From assembly GCA_963618035.1 (NCBI GenBank), contig CAVERK010000001.1:1-40546 (forward strand): 40,546 bases of DNA, given 5' to 3'. The stretch comes from a bacterium (GTDB lineage Bacteria; Bacteroidota; Bacteroidia; Bacteroidales; Bacteroidaceae). This document shows positions 26,148-35,749 of the stretch, piece after piece; the first letter of the stretch is position 1; every line of letters begins with the position of its first letter. A program made the translations under genes and the position numbers. The notes below the pieces were generated by a model, which worked only from the letters and a program-made list of their open reading frames with translations, was not told the DNA's origin and did not search any database.

Positions 26148-28665
26148 TTCCGGCACCGCCCAGCCTCACGTCTTCATCATGATAGTCTGCCACGCCGTTC
26201 ACCGTTGACAGATACTGCCTTATCAGCGTGCGCAGTGCACCTGTGCCCGTGCCGTGCAGAATTCTGACACGTGATACGCCGCACAGTATGGCATCGTCAA
26301 TGAAGTAGGTCACAGCCATCACCGCCTCGTCACCACGCATTCCGCGCACATCAATGTCCTGCTTGAAGTTCAGCCTCTTCTCGTGCATAGCGTCCTGCGT
26401 TGCAGTGCTAAGATACGAGCTTTTCTGTGTAGTGCCTGTCCGTCCCTGTTGTGCTGTTGCAGGTTCAAGACGTTCGGCTGTGACCGTTGTCTTTATGCTG
26501 CCGAAAGCCACGGTCACGTTCTTGCCGTTCACCTCAAGCACCTGTCCCACGGTGCTCTGTCCTTTCATCCGCACAGCTGCTCCAGGCACAATCCTTGCCA
26601 TACGTTCAGCCTCCTGCCGTGCTTGCAGTGCGGCATGGCTGTCATCATTGGCGTTTGCCTTCCTTGACTTGCGGTCTTTCCTGCGTTCTTGCCTTTGCTT
26701 CAGCTGCTCCATCTTGCGTGCAATCCTGTCGTCCTGCTCGCGTGCCGCTTCTTCCTCTAACCGTTGCCTGAAGTCCTCCAGCTCCCGCCGTGCCTTGCGT
26801 GTCTCCTCCTTCTGCGCCTGTGCTTCCTTTATGCTGCGTATGGTGTTCTCTATCTTTGCGTTGGCCTCGCGCATCATTGTTTCGGCTTCTTCGTGTGCCT
26901 TCTTCACAATGTCCTTGCGCTCCTTCTGCAACTCCTCCATCTCCTTCTGATACCGTGCTATGGTCTCTTCCATCACCTTCTCGCGCTGGTGTATGTTCTG
27001 CCGCTTGCTGGCCCAGTAGCGGCGGTCGCGCACGATGTCCTGCAGATACTTGTCGCTGTTGATGTAGTCGCTGCCGACAATCTTCGATGCCTCCTCTATC
27101 ACGTCTTCGGGCAGACCAATCTTCCGTGCAATCTCCACGGCAAACGAGCTGCCAGGCAGACCAATCTGTAGCTGGAACAGAGCCTGCATGCGGTTGCGGT
27201 CGTAGAGCATCGCACCGTTGACCACACCCTCGTGGTTCTCTGCAAAGTGCTTCAGGTTCTGGTAGTGGGTCGTTATCACTCCGAACGTGCCTTTGGCGTT
27301 CAGCCTCTCCAGCACGGCTTCGGCAATGGCACCTCCTATCTGCGGCTCTGTGCCTCCACCGAACTCGTCAATCAGTATCAGGCTGCGCGTGTCACATTGC
27401 TTCATCATCACCTTCATGTTCTGCAGATGTGAGGAGTACGTGCTCAGGTCGTCTTCAATGCTCTGCTCGTCGCCGATGTCGATGAAGATGCTGCTGAATA
27501 TTCCCGCATGGCTTCTTTCGTGCATGGGCACAGGCAGACCGCATTGCAGCATGTACTGTAGCAGACCCACCGTCTTCAGACACACCGACTTGCCGCCGGC
27601 ATTAGGTCCGGAAATCAGTAGAATCCTGCGCTTGCCCTGCAACTCTATGTCCAGCGGTACAACCTTCTTCCCGTGCTTCTGTAGTGACATCTGCAGCAGC
27701 GGATGCACTGCCGCTCCCCAGTCTATCATCTGGCAGTCTTCCATGGCAGGCTTTATGCCGCCAATGCTGTCGGCCAGCAGGGCTTTGGCGCGTATGAAGT
27801 CCATCTCTCCCAGGAAGTCATAGCTCATCAGCAGTTCAGGCACCAGGGGACGCAGCTCGTCACTGAAAGCCATGAGTATGCGTACCACCTCGCGGTGCTC
27901 GTCGCCTTCCAGCTCACGTATGCGGTTGTTGGCGTTCACCACCTCCACAGGTTCGATGAACACGGTCTTGCCCGTTGCCGACTCATCGTGCACTATGCCC
28001 TTTATGCGGCGTTTCAGTGCCGGAGCCACAGGTATCACCAGCCTCCCGTCGCGCATTGTGGGTGCAACGTCTTTCTCCACCACGCCTTCGGTCTGTGCGC
28101 TGCGCAGTATTCCGTTCAGAATCCTCGAGATGCTGCTTTTCGTCGTGCTCAGCTCATGGCGTATGCGTGCCAGCTCGGGCGAGGCATTGTCCTTGATTTG
28201 TCCGAATGGGCCTATGATGCTGTTTATCCTGTCTATGAGTTTCGGAAACGCATTGATGTCGCCTGCCTTCTGCCGCAGGCAGGGGTAGGGTACAGGGCTT
28301 TCTTCATTGCTGTCGTCGCTGTTGTTGCCGTCAGACTTCAGGAAGTGCGTGATGTCGCGTATGGTCTCAAGCGAGCGTCTCAGGTCAAACAGCTCCTGTG
28401 TCTCCACAAACATACCCTGTATGCGTATGCGTTGCAGCACGCCGCGCATGTCGAAGAAGAACTGTGACGGGAAGTCGTCACTGCCGTGCAGTATGCTGAC
28501 GAACTCCATCGTCTCGTCCAGCAGGCGTGTCACGGTGCCGAAGTCATCGCTGAAGCACATGGCATCGGCCTTGTCTGTACCCAGTGTACTCAGGCAGTGC
28601 CCCTTTATCAACGAGCGTATTTGGTCGAACTCGATTTTCTTCTCAAAGTTCTGCGGATATATCAT
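26125..28665 (-). CDS. mutS2: Endonuclease MutS2 with C-terminal Smr domain
   Basis: Motifs GIVHDESATGKTVFIEP, ISGPNAGGKS, DIGDEQS, DEFGGGTEP, TTHY; coiled coil; Smr motif IDVRGMR...ILHGTGTG. TACTTTTG box at 28703-28696. Confidence 0.96.
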   Translation of the reverse strand: MIYPQNFEKKIEFDQIRSLIKGHCLSTLGTDKADAMCFSDDFGTVTRLLDETMEFVSILHGSDDFPSQFFFDMRGVLQRIRIQGMFVETQELFDLRRSLETIRDITHFLKSDGNNSDDSNEESPVPYPCLRQKAGDINAFPKLIDRINSIIGPFGQIKDNASPELARIRHELSTTKSSISRILNGILRSAQTEGVVEKDVAPTMRDGRLVIPVAPALKRRIKGIVHDESATGKTVFIEPVEVVNANNRIRELEGDEHREVVRILMAFSDELRPLVPELLMSYDFLGEMDFIRAKALLADSIGGIKPAMEDCQMIDWGAAVHPLLQMSLQKHGKKVVPLDIELQGKRRILLISGPNAGGKSVCLKTVGLLQYMLQCGLPVPMHERSHAGIFSSIFIDIGDEQSIEDDLSTYSSHLQNMKVMMKQCDTRSLILIDEFGGGTEPQIGGAIAEAVLERLNAKGTFGVITTHYQNLKHFAENHEGVVNGAMLYDRNRMQALFQLQIGLPGSSFAVEIARKIGLPEDVIEEASKIVGSDYINSDKYLQDIVRDRRYWASKRQNIHQREKVMEETIARYQKEMEELQKERKDIVKKAHEEAETMMREANAKIENTIRSIKEAQAQKEETRKARRELEDFRQRLEEEAAREQDDRIARKMEQLKQRQERRKDRKSRKANANDDSHAALQARQEAERMARIVPGAAVRMKGQSTVGQVLEVNGKNVTVAFGSIKTTVTAERLEPATAQQGRTGTTQKSSYLSTATQDAMHEKRLNFKQDIDVRGMRGDEAVMAVTYFIDDAILCGVSRVRILHGTGTGALRTLIRQYLSTVNGVADYHDEDVRLGGAGITVVDLD

Positions 28666-28744
28666 CGGTGTCTAATCTTCTTCTGTTCGGGCGTGCAAAA
28701 GTAGCGATTAAATCCTTAATCTCTGCTCGTCGGTGCCTTGACCA

Positions 28745-30157
28745 CTATTCTTTCGGGTTGAGGTCAAAGGGAAGAAGAGATGCTTCGTCGCTGCCGTAAA
28801 TGAAGCGGTCGAAGTCGGAGACATACAAACGGTCTTGTATGGGCTTGTACTTCTCATATTCGCCATACGCTTTTGTTCTCGCCTTCTCTTGCGACACCGT
28901 TCCTGCCGAAGTGTTTGCCTCATAATCCATAGTTTCGAGGAACTGGCTGAGCCGCTTGCGCCAATCATCCATTGTGGTCACGATGTGACGCAGTGCGCGA
29001 GCTTCGGCAAAGTCAAGAAACGATGTCGTTATTCTGTTGAGCTGGTCAAGTTCTTCTTCCGACAGATAGTTCTTTGCCACGATGGTATCTGATTTCTGCA
29101 CACGTCCGTCTGGTGCGTTCTTCCACGTTGTCAGCCCCATGTGCGGATGTTCCGCATTGGCGCGTGTGTAGATTATTTCCGCTGCCGTGTGGTGGGTCAC
29201 AGCCAAGTGCATCATGTTCTGTACCATTTTGAAGAACAGCTTTGTGTTCTCGGACTTGGCGTCATAGTCGGCACTGCACTCAGCATAGATGTCGGTAATC
29301 TTCTGATAGTAACGCCGCTCTGACGTGCGGATCTCACGGATGCGCTCGAGCAAGTCGTCGAAGTAGTCCTTGCCGAAGTGCCTGCCCTGTTTCAGTCGTT
29401 CGTCATCCAGTACATAGCCTTTGATGATGAACTCTTTCAACATTGATGTCGCCCAAATGCGGAACTGCGTAGCCTGATAGCTGTTCACACGATAGCCCAC
29501 GGCGATGATGGCATCAAGATTATAGAACAGGGGAGCACGTTCCACATCGCGCTCACCCTCGGTTTGAACTATCCCAATTTTTCGGATAGTTGCCCCTTTT
29601 TGCAACTCGCCCGTTTCATAAATCTGTCCCAAATGATAGTTCACTGTCCGCACGTCCACGCCAAACAAATCGGCTATACGCTTCTGCGACATCCAGAAAG
29701 TATCGCTGTTGAAAACGACCTCAATCTTCGTCTCGCCTTGCGGTGATTTGTATAGCAATATATTGGAACTCAATGAGTTGACGGATAGCTCTGTCGTGCT
29801 GACAGACTGGCTGAAATACTCCCTTGCCTGCTTGACCAGCACCTTTCTGCTGTCCGCATTCTCTGCTATAATCAGGCAAGCCATGCGTGACAAATGGTAG
29901 GTTTCGACCTTGCGAAACGAGCCGCTCCCGAGCCTGACCATATCAACCGCGTGGTTGAAATGGTCGTCCATTTTCATGCCCTTGGCGTTGGCAGATTCGA
30001 TGGCCTTGTCGACCACACGCTGGAACTTCCAGTAGGCAGAATAGCCCATGGCACTGCTCAGGTCGCGCGAGCTCCAATATTCGTTGTTGTTCTCGTCCGT
30101 CCTGCGAATTGTGTCGAACGAGGGTTGCATCTCAGGTATGTTGTCTTTCTCTGCCAT
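28745..30157 (-). CDS. DinD/BRO-N-like domain fused to a RhuM-family domain
   Basis: N part: EYWSSRDL..GY...F..V...DHF...LSRMACLIIAENAD. C part: FWMSQKRIADLF, YNLDAIIAVGYRVNS..ATQFRIWAT, ERIREIRTSERRYYQK, HTAAEII, GLTTWK, AKNYL. Confidence 0.85.
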   Translation of the reverse strand: MAEKDNIPEMQPSFDTIRRTDENNNEYWSSRDLSSAMGYSAYWKFQRVVDKAIESANAKGMKMDDHFNHAVDMVRLGSGSFRKVETYHLSRMACLIIAENADSRKVLVKQAREYFSQSVSTTELSVNSLSSNILLYKSPQGETKIEVVFNSDTFWMSQKRIADLFGVDVRTVNYHLGQIYETGELQKGATIRKIGIVQTEGERDVERAPLFYNLDAIIAVGYRVNSYQATQFRIWATSMLKEFIIKGYVLDDERLKQGRHFGKDYFDDLLERIREIRTSERRYYQKITDIYAECSADYDAKSENTKLFFKMVQNMMHLAVTHHTAAEIIYTRANAEHPHMGLTTWKNAPDGRVQKSDTIVAKNYLSEEELDQLNRITTSFLDFAEARALRHIVTTMDDWRKRLSQFLETMDYEANTSAGTVSQEKARTKAYGEYEKYKPIQDRLYVSDFDRFIYGSDEASLLPFDLNPKE

Positions 30158-30283
30158 TGTTGCTTAGTCTCTGATACTTAACCGTTAAAAACAGGCCTCC
30201 GTTTTTTCAGCGGGCTTCAACAGCAAAGATAATGTTTATACCTCGGATTGGCAACTTTGTAGCCGTTTCCTTTCCGCGGTGTG

Positions 30284-31699
30284 TCAGAGCGTGTTCTGCT
30301 TCAGCGACTCGACATAAGTGTTGATGCGCTGCATCTCCTGCGGAATCTGTATGCGCTGCGGACACGTGGAGGTGCACTGGTTACAGCCGGTGCAGTGGTC
30401 GGCCTGACGCAGACGCGGCACGCTACGGTCATAGCCCACGAGGAAGGCCTGACGCGCACGGCGGTAGTCTGGTGATTGACGGCTGTCGCTGAGGTTGCCT
30501 TCGTTGACGCACTTGTTGTAGTGTACGAATATGCCTGGTATGTCGATGCCATAGGGGCAGGGCATGCAGTACTGGCAACTGTTACATTGAACGATGGGGA
30601 ACGCACTGTACTGGTCGGCTATGGGACCTGACAGCCACGCCATCTCATCGTCGGTGAGGGGCTTGAGTGGGGCGAACGACCGCAGGTTGTCTTGCAGGTG
30701 TTCCATGTATGTCATGCCGCTGAGACACGTCAGCACGCCCGCGTGTGAGCCGCCGAAGCGGAATGCCCACGAGGCCACGCTGTCGTCCGGACTGCGCCGC
30801 TTCATCTCCGCCACCATCACCTGTGGCATGTTCGACAGTCGTCCGCCAAGCAGCGGCTCCATGATGATGACCGGTATTCCCCGTTTGACAAGTTCGTTGT
30901 ACAGGTATTCGGCATTGGTGTTCCATCCGCTGGCATGGTGCCAGTCGACGTAGTTCATCTGGATCTGCACGGCATCCCAGCGCAGGTCGCCGCTGTCCTG
31001 CATGGACAGGAGGTAGTCGAAGACCTCCAACTCTCCGTGGAATGAGAAGCCGAGGTTGCGGATGCGCCCCTTCTTCCTCTCCTCGAGCAGGAACTCAAGC
31101 ATGCCGTTGTCAATCAGGCGTGCGTGGAGCCTGTCCATACCTCCGATGCCTGCACCGTGGACGAGGTAGTAGTCGAGGTAGTCGACCTGACACTCGCGGA
31201 ACGAACGTTCGTAGCCTGCCCGTGCCACCTCGCGGCTGTCGCCGTTGCTGTCGAGGAAGGTAGACATCTTGGTCGTGAGGTAGAAGCTCTCGCGGGGATG
31301 GCGTGCCAGGGCGATGCCTGTGGCACGTTCTGACTGTCCGCGTCCGTAGTGCGGAGACGTGTCGAAGTAGTTCACGCCGTGTGCCATGGCGAAGTCCACA
31401 AGCCCGTTCACCGTCTCCTGGTCGATAATCTGTCCCTCTCCGTTCGGATTGGGCATCATGGGCCAGCGCATGCAGCCGTAGCCAAGGAGGGACACGCGGT
31501 CGCCCGAGGTCGGCGTGGTGCGGTAGGTCATCTGGTCTGTCGGGATGTCACCGGTGTGGTTCCCGCTTGGGTCGTAGATGCTGTTGGTCTTCGTGCCACA
31601 GCCGACCAGTGTGGCTGCGCCCGTTGCCGCTCCTGCTCCCATCAGGCTCAGGAAGTGCCTGCGGCTCAGCTTGCCGTTGCTTTGCTGTTCTTCACTCAT
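30284..31699 (-). CDS. Aldo/keto reductase with a C-terminal 2x[4Fe-4S] domain, Tat (lipo)protein
   Basis: SRRHFL...LVGC signal; LGYGCMR, GVNYFDTS..Y, LGFSFH, MEPLLGG; CxxCxxCxPCP and CxxCxxCxxxCP motifs. Confidence 0.9.
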   Translation of the reverse strand: MSEEQQSNGKLSRRHFLSLMGAGAATGAATLVGCGTKTNSIYDPSGNHTGDIPTDQMTYRTTPTSGDRVSLLGYGCMRWPMMPNPNGEGQIIDQETVNGLVDFAMAHGVNYFDTSPHYGRGQSERATGIALARHPRESFYLTTKMSTFLDSNGDSREVARAGYERSFRECQVDYLDYYLVHGAGIGGMDRLHARLIDNGMLEFLLEERKKGRIRNLGFSFHGELEVFDYLLSMQDSGDLRWDAVQIQMNYVDWHHASGWNTNAEYLYNELVKRGIPVIIMEPLLGGRLSNMPQVMVAEMKRRSPDDSVASWAFRFGGSHAGVLTCLSGMTYMEHLQDNLRSFAPLKPLTDDEMAWLSGPIADQYSAFPIVQCNSCQYCMPCPYGIDIPGIFVHYNKCVNEGNLSDSRQSPDYRRARQAFLVGYDRSVPRLRQADHCTGCNQCTSTCPQRIQIPQEMQRINTYVESLKQNTL

Positions 31700-31828
31700 G
31701 GTTTTTCAGATTACGTTACACTTCTATCTGTCAGCAAATGAACGCAATTCCGGACGGGGTAGCACCGTTGTCCGTTCCAAAGCGAAAGAAACAGCCGTTA
31801 AGACGAAACACAGCCGCCAGCCGCGCCT

Positions 31829-32290
31829 TTACTCGTCGCTCCTGCCGAGGTTGAGGTCGTTGCTGATGCGCGTTGTGCCAGGGATGCAGAGCAGAGATGC
31901 CAGCAGGCAGATGGCGGCGCAGAGCAGTCCTGTCGAGCTTTGGCAGGAATGGTAGCACACGATGCCGGCGAGCAGGGGCAACGCCAGCAACAGCAGGCGT
32001 ATGCTGCTCCACACCGTGTAGAGGTGCAGCGCGCGGTGCGTGTCGGTGCATTGTGAGATGCTGCGCCTCAGCTTGACGGCAAACAGCTTCAGGCCGCAGG
32101 GGACGCACACGGCCGTGAGCAGTATCACGATGCTCTCGAAGATGTAGACGGCACGCACGTTGTCGGCGAGCACACCCTCATAGGCACACGCGCCGCTCTC
32201 GCCGTAGGCAAGCAGCAACAGGGCAAGAAACCAGTAGTAGGCGTAGAGCCGCCTGAGCGTCAGACCGGTTCGCTTGATCTCGTTTTCCAT
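31829..32290 (-). CDS. Hypothetical 4-TM membrane protein
   Basis: Four hydrophobic segments; co-oriented directly downstream of recR. Confidence 0.7.
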   Translation of the reverse strand: MENEIKRTGLTLRRLYAYYWFLALLLLAYGESGACAYEGVLADNVRAVYIFESIVILLTAVCVPCGLKLFAVKLRRSISQCTDTHRALHLYTVWSSIRLLLLALPLLAGIVCYHSCQSSTGLLCAAICLLASLLCIPGTTRISNDLNLGRSDE

Positions 32291-32329
32291 ATATTCTCTC
32301 TCCTCCTTGATGGTTGCGGTGTGCGGCTC

Positions 32330-32947
32330 TCAGCCGTTGCCGCCGAATGGCGTGCGGTTGATGATGCTGCGTCCCAGGGTGATTTCGTCGGCATATTGCA
32401 GCTCGTCGCCCACGGACACGCCGCGTGCTATCTGCGACAACCTGACGCCGGTGCCGTCCAGCCGCCGTGAGATGTAGAAGTTGGTGGTGTCGCCCTCCAT
32501 CGTCGCACTAAGGGCGAAGATGACCTCCTGAACGTCTCCGGCCTGCACGCGTTCTACGAGACTGGCAATTTCCAGGTCAGCCGGCCCCACGCCGTCCATG
32601 GGCGAGATGACCCCTCCCAGCACGTGATACAGCCCGTGATACTGCTGCGTGGCCTCTATGGCCATGACATCGCGCACGCTCTCGACGACGCACACCGTGG
32701 TGGCATCCCGTCGCGGGTCGCCGCAGATGAGGCAGGTGTCGCTGTCGGAGATGTTGTGGCAGATGTGGCAGTAGCGGATGCCGTGCTTGAGGTCGATGAG
32801 CGACTGCCCCAGTGCCTCCACGGTCTGCGTGTCCTGCCGCAGCAGGTGCAGCACGAGGCGCATGGCCGTGCGTGTGCCTATGCCAGGCAGTTTGGCAAAC
32901 TCATTGACAGCCCTCTCCAGCAGCTGCGACGGATATTGTTGGCTCAT
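32330..32947 (-). CDS. recR: Recombination mediator RecR
   Basis: [12 protein letters not shown] (HhH); CxxC..CxxC zinc finger; [35 protein letters not shown] box at 32987-32980. Confidence 0.97.
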   Translation of the reverse strand: MSQQYPSQLLERAVNEFAKLPGIGTRTAMRLVLHLLRQDTQTVEALGQSLIDLKHGIRYCHICHNISDSDTCLICGDPRRDATTVCVVESVRDVMAIEATQQYHGLYHVLGGVISPMDGVGPADLEIASLVERVQAGDVQEVIFALSATMEGDTTNFYISRRLDGTGVRLSQIARGVSVGDELQYADEITLGRSIINRTPFGGNG

Positions 32948-33096
32948 CGTTCCTTCGGTCTCTCTCCTTTTGTCGCGGACAAAGATAGTGCAAGCCGCAG
33001 ACTGGGCAAAGCGAACCCGACCGATTTTGTTGTGCCCACGGGCAGCCCCGTTTCCACATGGATATGGCGGACGTTACAGACCACCAAAATCCGCAT

Positions 33097-33231
33097 TTCT
33101 ATGGCTGAACGTCCATAGGTTCTGTGGTTGAACGTCCACAGCTCTATGACTGAACGTCCACAGAGCTGTGGTTGAACGTTCATAGATGCTATGGTTGAAC
33201 GTCCATGGAGACGCTGATTTTCAGCTTGTTA
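33097..33231. repeat. Tandem array of five 22-23 bp palindromic units plus a CTGATTTTCAG-n4-TTA tail (family A, copy 2)
   Basis: Units: ttctatggctgaacgtccatagg, ttctgtggttgaacgtccacagc, tctatgactgaacgtccacaga, gctgtggttgaacgttcatagat, gctatggttgaacgtccatgg; tail at 33214-33231. Confidence 0.95.
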
Positions 33232-33264
33232 TGAAGGGGGTGTAGCCTAGCTGTCCGCCGCTTC

Positions 33265-35172
33265 CTATTTGCGGCGTGGCTTGGGTGTGCTGTCGCGACG
33301 CGGCGTGTGGCGTGCCGGACGCTGGTCGTAGAGCTGTGTGGCGAGGTCTTCGCGTCCGATGCGGCGCAGCTCGTGCAGGATGTTCTGACGCTCTTCCGGC
33401 TGATACCAGAAGAAGAACATACGCTGCTGCAGCTTCTCGCGCTGCGTGCGTGCGCTGAACACCGGTTCGAGCGTGTAGGGGTGGTAGCCGGTGTACCAGG
33501 TCTCGGTCGATACCGTCATCGGTGTCGGCGTAAAGTCCTGCACCTGCTCCAGGTGGAAGTCGAGCCGCTTGGTCTCCACTGCCAGCTCCGCCATGTCCTC
33601 TTCCGTGCATCCTGGATGGCTGCTGATGAAGTAGGGGATCAGCTGCTCGCGCAGGTTCTCCTCGCGGTTTATCTTGTCGAATATCTGCTTGAAGGCGTGG
33701 AAGAGCTTGAACGAGGGCTTGCGCATGAGCATGAGCACACCCTCGCCGGTGTGCTCAGGAGCCACCTTCAGCCGTCCGCTCACGTGGTTCACTATCAGCT
33801 CGCGTATGTATTCGCGATTGGCACGGTTCACCTCCTCGTCCTTGTTGCGGTGCAGCAGCAGGTCATAGCGCACGCCGCTGCCGATGAAGCTCTTCTTGAC
33901 TCCAGGCAGTGCGTCGACGGCACGGTAGATGTCGAGCAGCGGGCGGTGGTCGTTGTTGAGGTTGGGGCACACCTGCGGATGGGCGCACGACGGACGTTTG
34001 CAGCGGCGGCACAGCTCCTGGTTGCGGCCGTGCATGCGATACATGTTTGCCGACGGTCCGCCGAGGTCGCTGATGTAGCCCTTGAAGTCGGGCATGCTGA
34101 TGACCTTGCGTGCCTCGCGCAGTATGCTCTCTTTGCTGCGGCTGACGATGAACTTGCCCTGATGTGCCGATATGGTGCAGAAGGCACAGCCGCCGAAGCA
34201 GCCACGGTGCAGGTTGATGGAGAACTTGATCATGTCGTACGCCGGAATGCGCTTGCCCTTATACTTGGGATGCGGCAGACGTGTGTACGGCAGGTCGAAG
34301 GTCTTGTCCAGCTCGGCTTCGGTCATGGGAGGGTAGGGCGGATTCACCACCACCGTGCGCCTGCCCGTGCGTTGCAGCAGGCGTTGCGCATAGTATTTGT
34401 TGCTCTCCTCCTCAATGTGGCGGAAGTTGGCGGCCTCCTTCTTCTTGTCTGCGAGACACTCTTCGTGGCTGTACAGCACAATGTCGCCCTCCTGCGGCAC
34501 AACGTCGCCGCTCGCGAGGTAGGCTATCTGCGGCACCGGCCGCAGGTCTTCGCCCTGCTCCATGCGGCGTGCCAGCTCCACGATGGGCTTCTCTCCCATG
34601 CCGTAGACCAACAGGTCGGCACCGCTGTCCACAAGTATGCTGGGGCGCACGCGGTCTTCCCAGTAGTCGTAGTGTGTCAGGCGGCGCATGCTGGCTTCAA
34701 TGCCGCCAAGGAAGACGGGTACGTCAGGAAACAGCTGTTTCAGTATCTTGGTGTAGACCACCGACGGATAGTCCGGCCGCATATCGCAACGCCCGTCCGG
34801 CGTGTAGGCATCCTCGTGGCGCAGGCGTTTGTTGGCAGTGTATTTGTTGACCATGCTGTCCATGCATCCAGGGCTGATGCCGAAGAACAGCCGTGGCCGT
34901 CCCAGCTTCTTGAAGTCGCGCAGGTCGTCGCGCCAGTTGGGCTGTGGCACGATGGCCACCCTGTAGCCCTCTGCCTCGAGCGTGCGGCCTATGACCGCCG
35001 CGCCGAACGACGGATGGTCCACATAGGCATCGCCGCTGAACAGGATGATGTCCAGCTGGTCCCAGCCGCGCAGTTCGACCTCCTTCTTCGTCGTCGGCAG
35101 CCAGTCGGTCAGCTGCGGCTGTCCGCCACTGCCCGCGACACGGCTGCGGACAGCCTCATTGTTGCTCTGCAT
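33265..35172 (-). CDS. ygiQ: YgiQ-family radical SAM protein
   Basis: Motifs GDAYVDHPSFG, DAYTPDG, GGIEASMRR, RGCFGGCAFC (CxxxCxxC), DLGGPSANMY, KVAPEH, PYFISSHPG. Confidence 0.93.
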   Translation of the reverse strand: MQSNNEAVRSRVAGSGGQPQLTDWLPTTKKEVELRGWDQLDIILFSGDAYVDHPSFGAAVIGRTLEAEGYRVAIVPQPNWRDDLRDFKKLGRPRLFFGISPGCMDSMVNKYTANKRLRHEDAYTPDGRCDMRPDYPSVVYTKILKQLFPDVPVFLGGIEASMRRLTHYDYWEDRVRPSILVDSGADLLVYGMGEKPIVELARRMEQGEDLRPVPQIAYLASGDVVPQEGDIVLYSHEECLADKKKEAANFRHIEEESNKYYAQRLLQRTGRRTVVVNPPYPPMTEAELDKTFDLPYTRLPHPKYKGKRIPAYDMIKFSINLHRGCFGGCAFCTISAHQGKFIVSRSKESILREARKVISMPDFKGYISDLGGPSANMYRMHGRNQELCRRCKRPSCAHPQVCPNLNNDHRPLLDIYRAVDALPGVKKSFIGSGVRYDLLLHRNKDEEVNRANREYIRELIVNHVSGRLKVAPEHTGEGVLMLMRKPSFKLFHAFKQIFDKINREENLREQLIPYFISSHPGCTEEDMAELAVETKRLDFHLEQVQDFTPTPMTVSTETWYTGYHPYTLEPVFSARTQREKLQQRMFFFWYQPEERQNILHELRRIGREDLATQLYDQRPARHTPRRDSTPKPRRK

Positions 35173-35530
35173 TGCCGTGCGTCTGGTCTGCCGGTTGTGC
35201 GGCATCGTCGTCGCTGCCAGCTCCGTCGGCGGCGATGGTGTCCTTCAGCTCTTCGTAGAGCCGTATCAGGTTCTGTAGCCCGAAGGCTTTCATGTTGTCG
35301 TGATAGACCACGTCGATGCACAGGTCGAGCAGGTCGCTGCAGTCGCCCGTGTCGGCGGTGATGAGCGAGCGGATGTTCATCTTCAGCTTGTCGAGAGTAC
35401 CCTCATCGACGATGCCGTTGCTGTCGGTCAGGTGGTCGAACAGGCTGTATTTCCGTATGGTGGCGAGATGGTTGTCGTCGACCAGCACAGTGCGTGTGCC
35501 TTTGGCGTTGGCTTGAATGGTGTGTGTCAT
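35156..35530 (-). CDS. Conserved hypothetical protein
   Basis: MTHTIQANAKGTR...LLDLCIDVVYHDNMKAFGL; overlaps the ygiQ start; TATATTTG box at 35575-35568. Confidence 0.75.
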   Translation of the reverse strand: MTHTIQANAKGTRTVLVDDNHLATIRKYSLFDHLTDSNGIVDEGTLDKLKMNIRSLITADTGDCSDLLDLCIDVVYHDNMKAFGLQNLIRLYEELKDTIAADGAGSDDDAAQPADQTHGNAEQQ

Positions 35531-35749
35531 AACTGTCATGTCCCTTCTTTGAGACGGTTGTTGAGCGCAAATATACTCCAAATGCACCAACAAACGGCCG
35601 TCCGCAGGTCATTTTCTTCGGATTTGCCCGTACAGCCGCAGCATCGCTTGCCGCAATGCAAAAATGCCTACTTTTGCAGACGCACCTCCGGCGGTCATGA
35701 CGTTCGTGCCGTATGGATGTGCGAAAAACATCGTAGCAACGGAAAGAAT

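Noticed and set aside
28700..30280. Prophage or IS boundaries around the DinD::RhuM gene
   Set aside because: I found no flanking direct or terminal inverted repeats and no mobility gene.
33307..35361. Long antisense ORFs (684 aa here; also 38318-40372, 8669-10240, 7654-8526, 2329-3216)
   Set aside because: They mirror well-supported genes on the opposite strand, have no recognisable motifs, and are expected from GC-rich third codon positions.
35300..35749. 150-aa N-terminal extension of the arginase-like ORF
   Set aside because: It overlaps a minus-strand gene and both divergent promoter boxes; ATG 35750 fits better.
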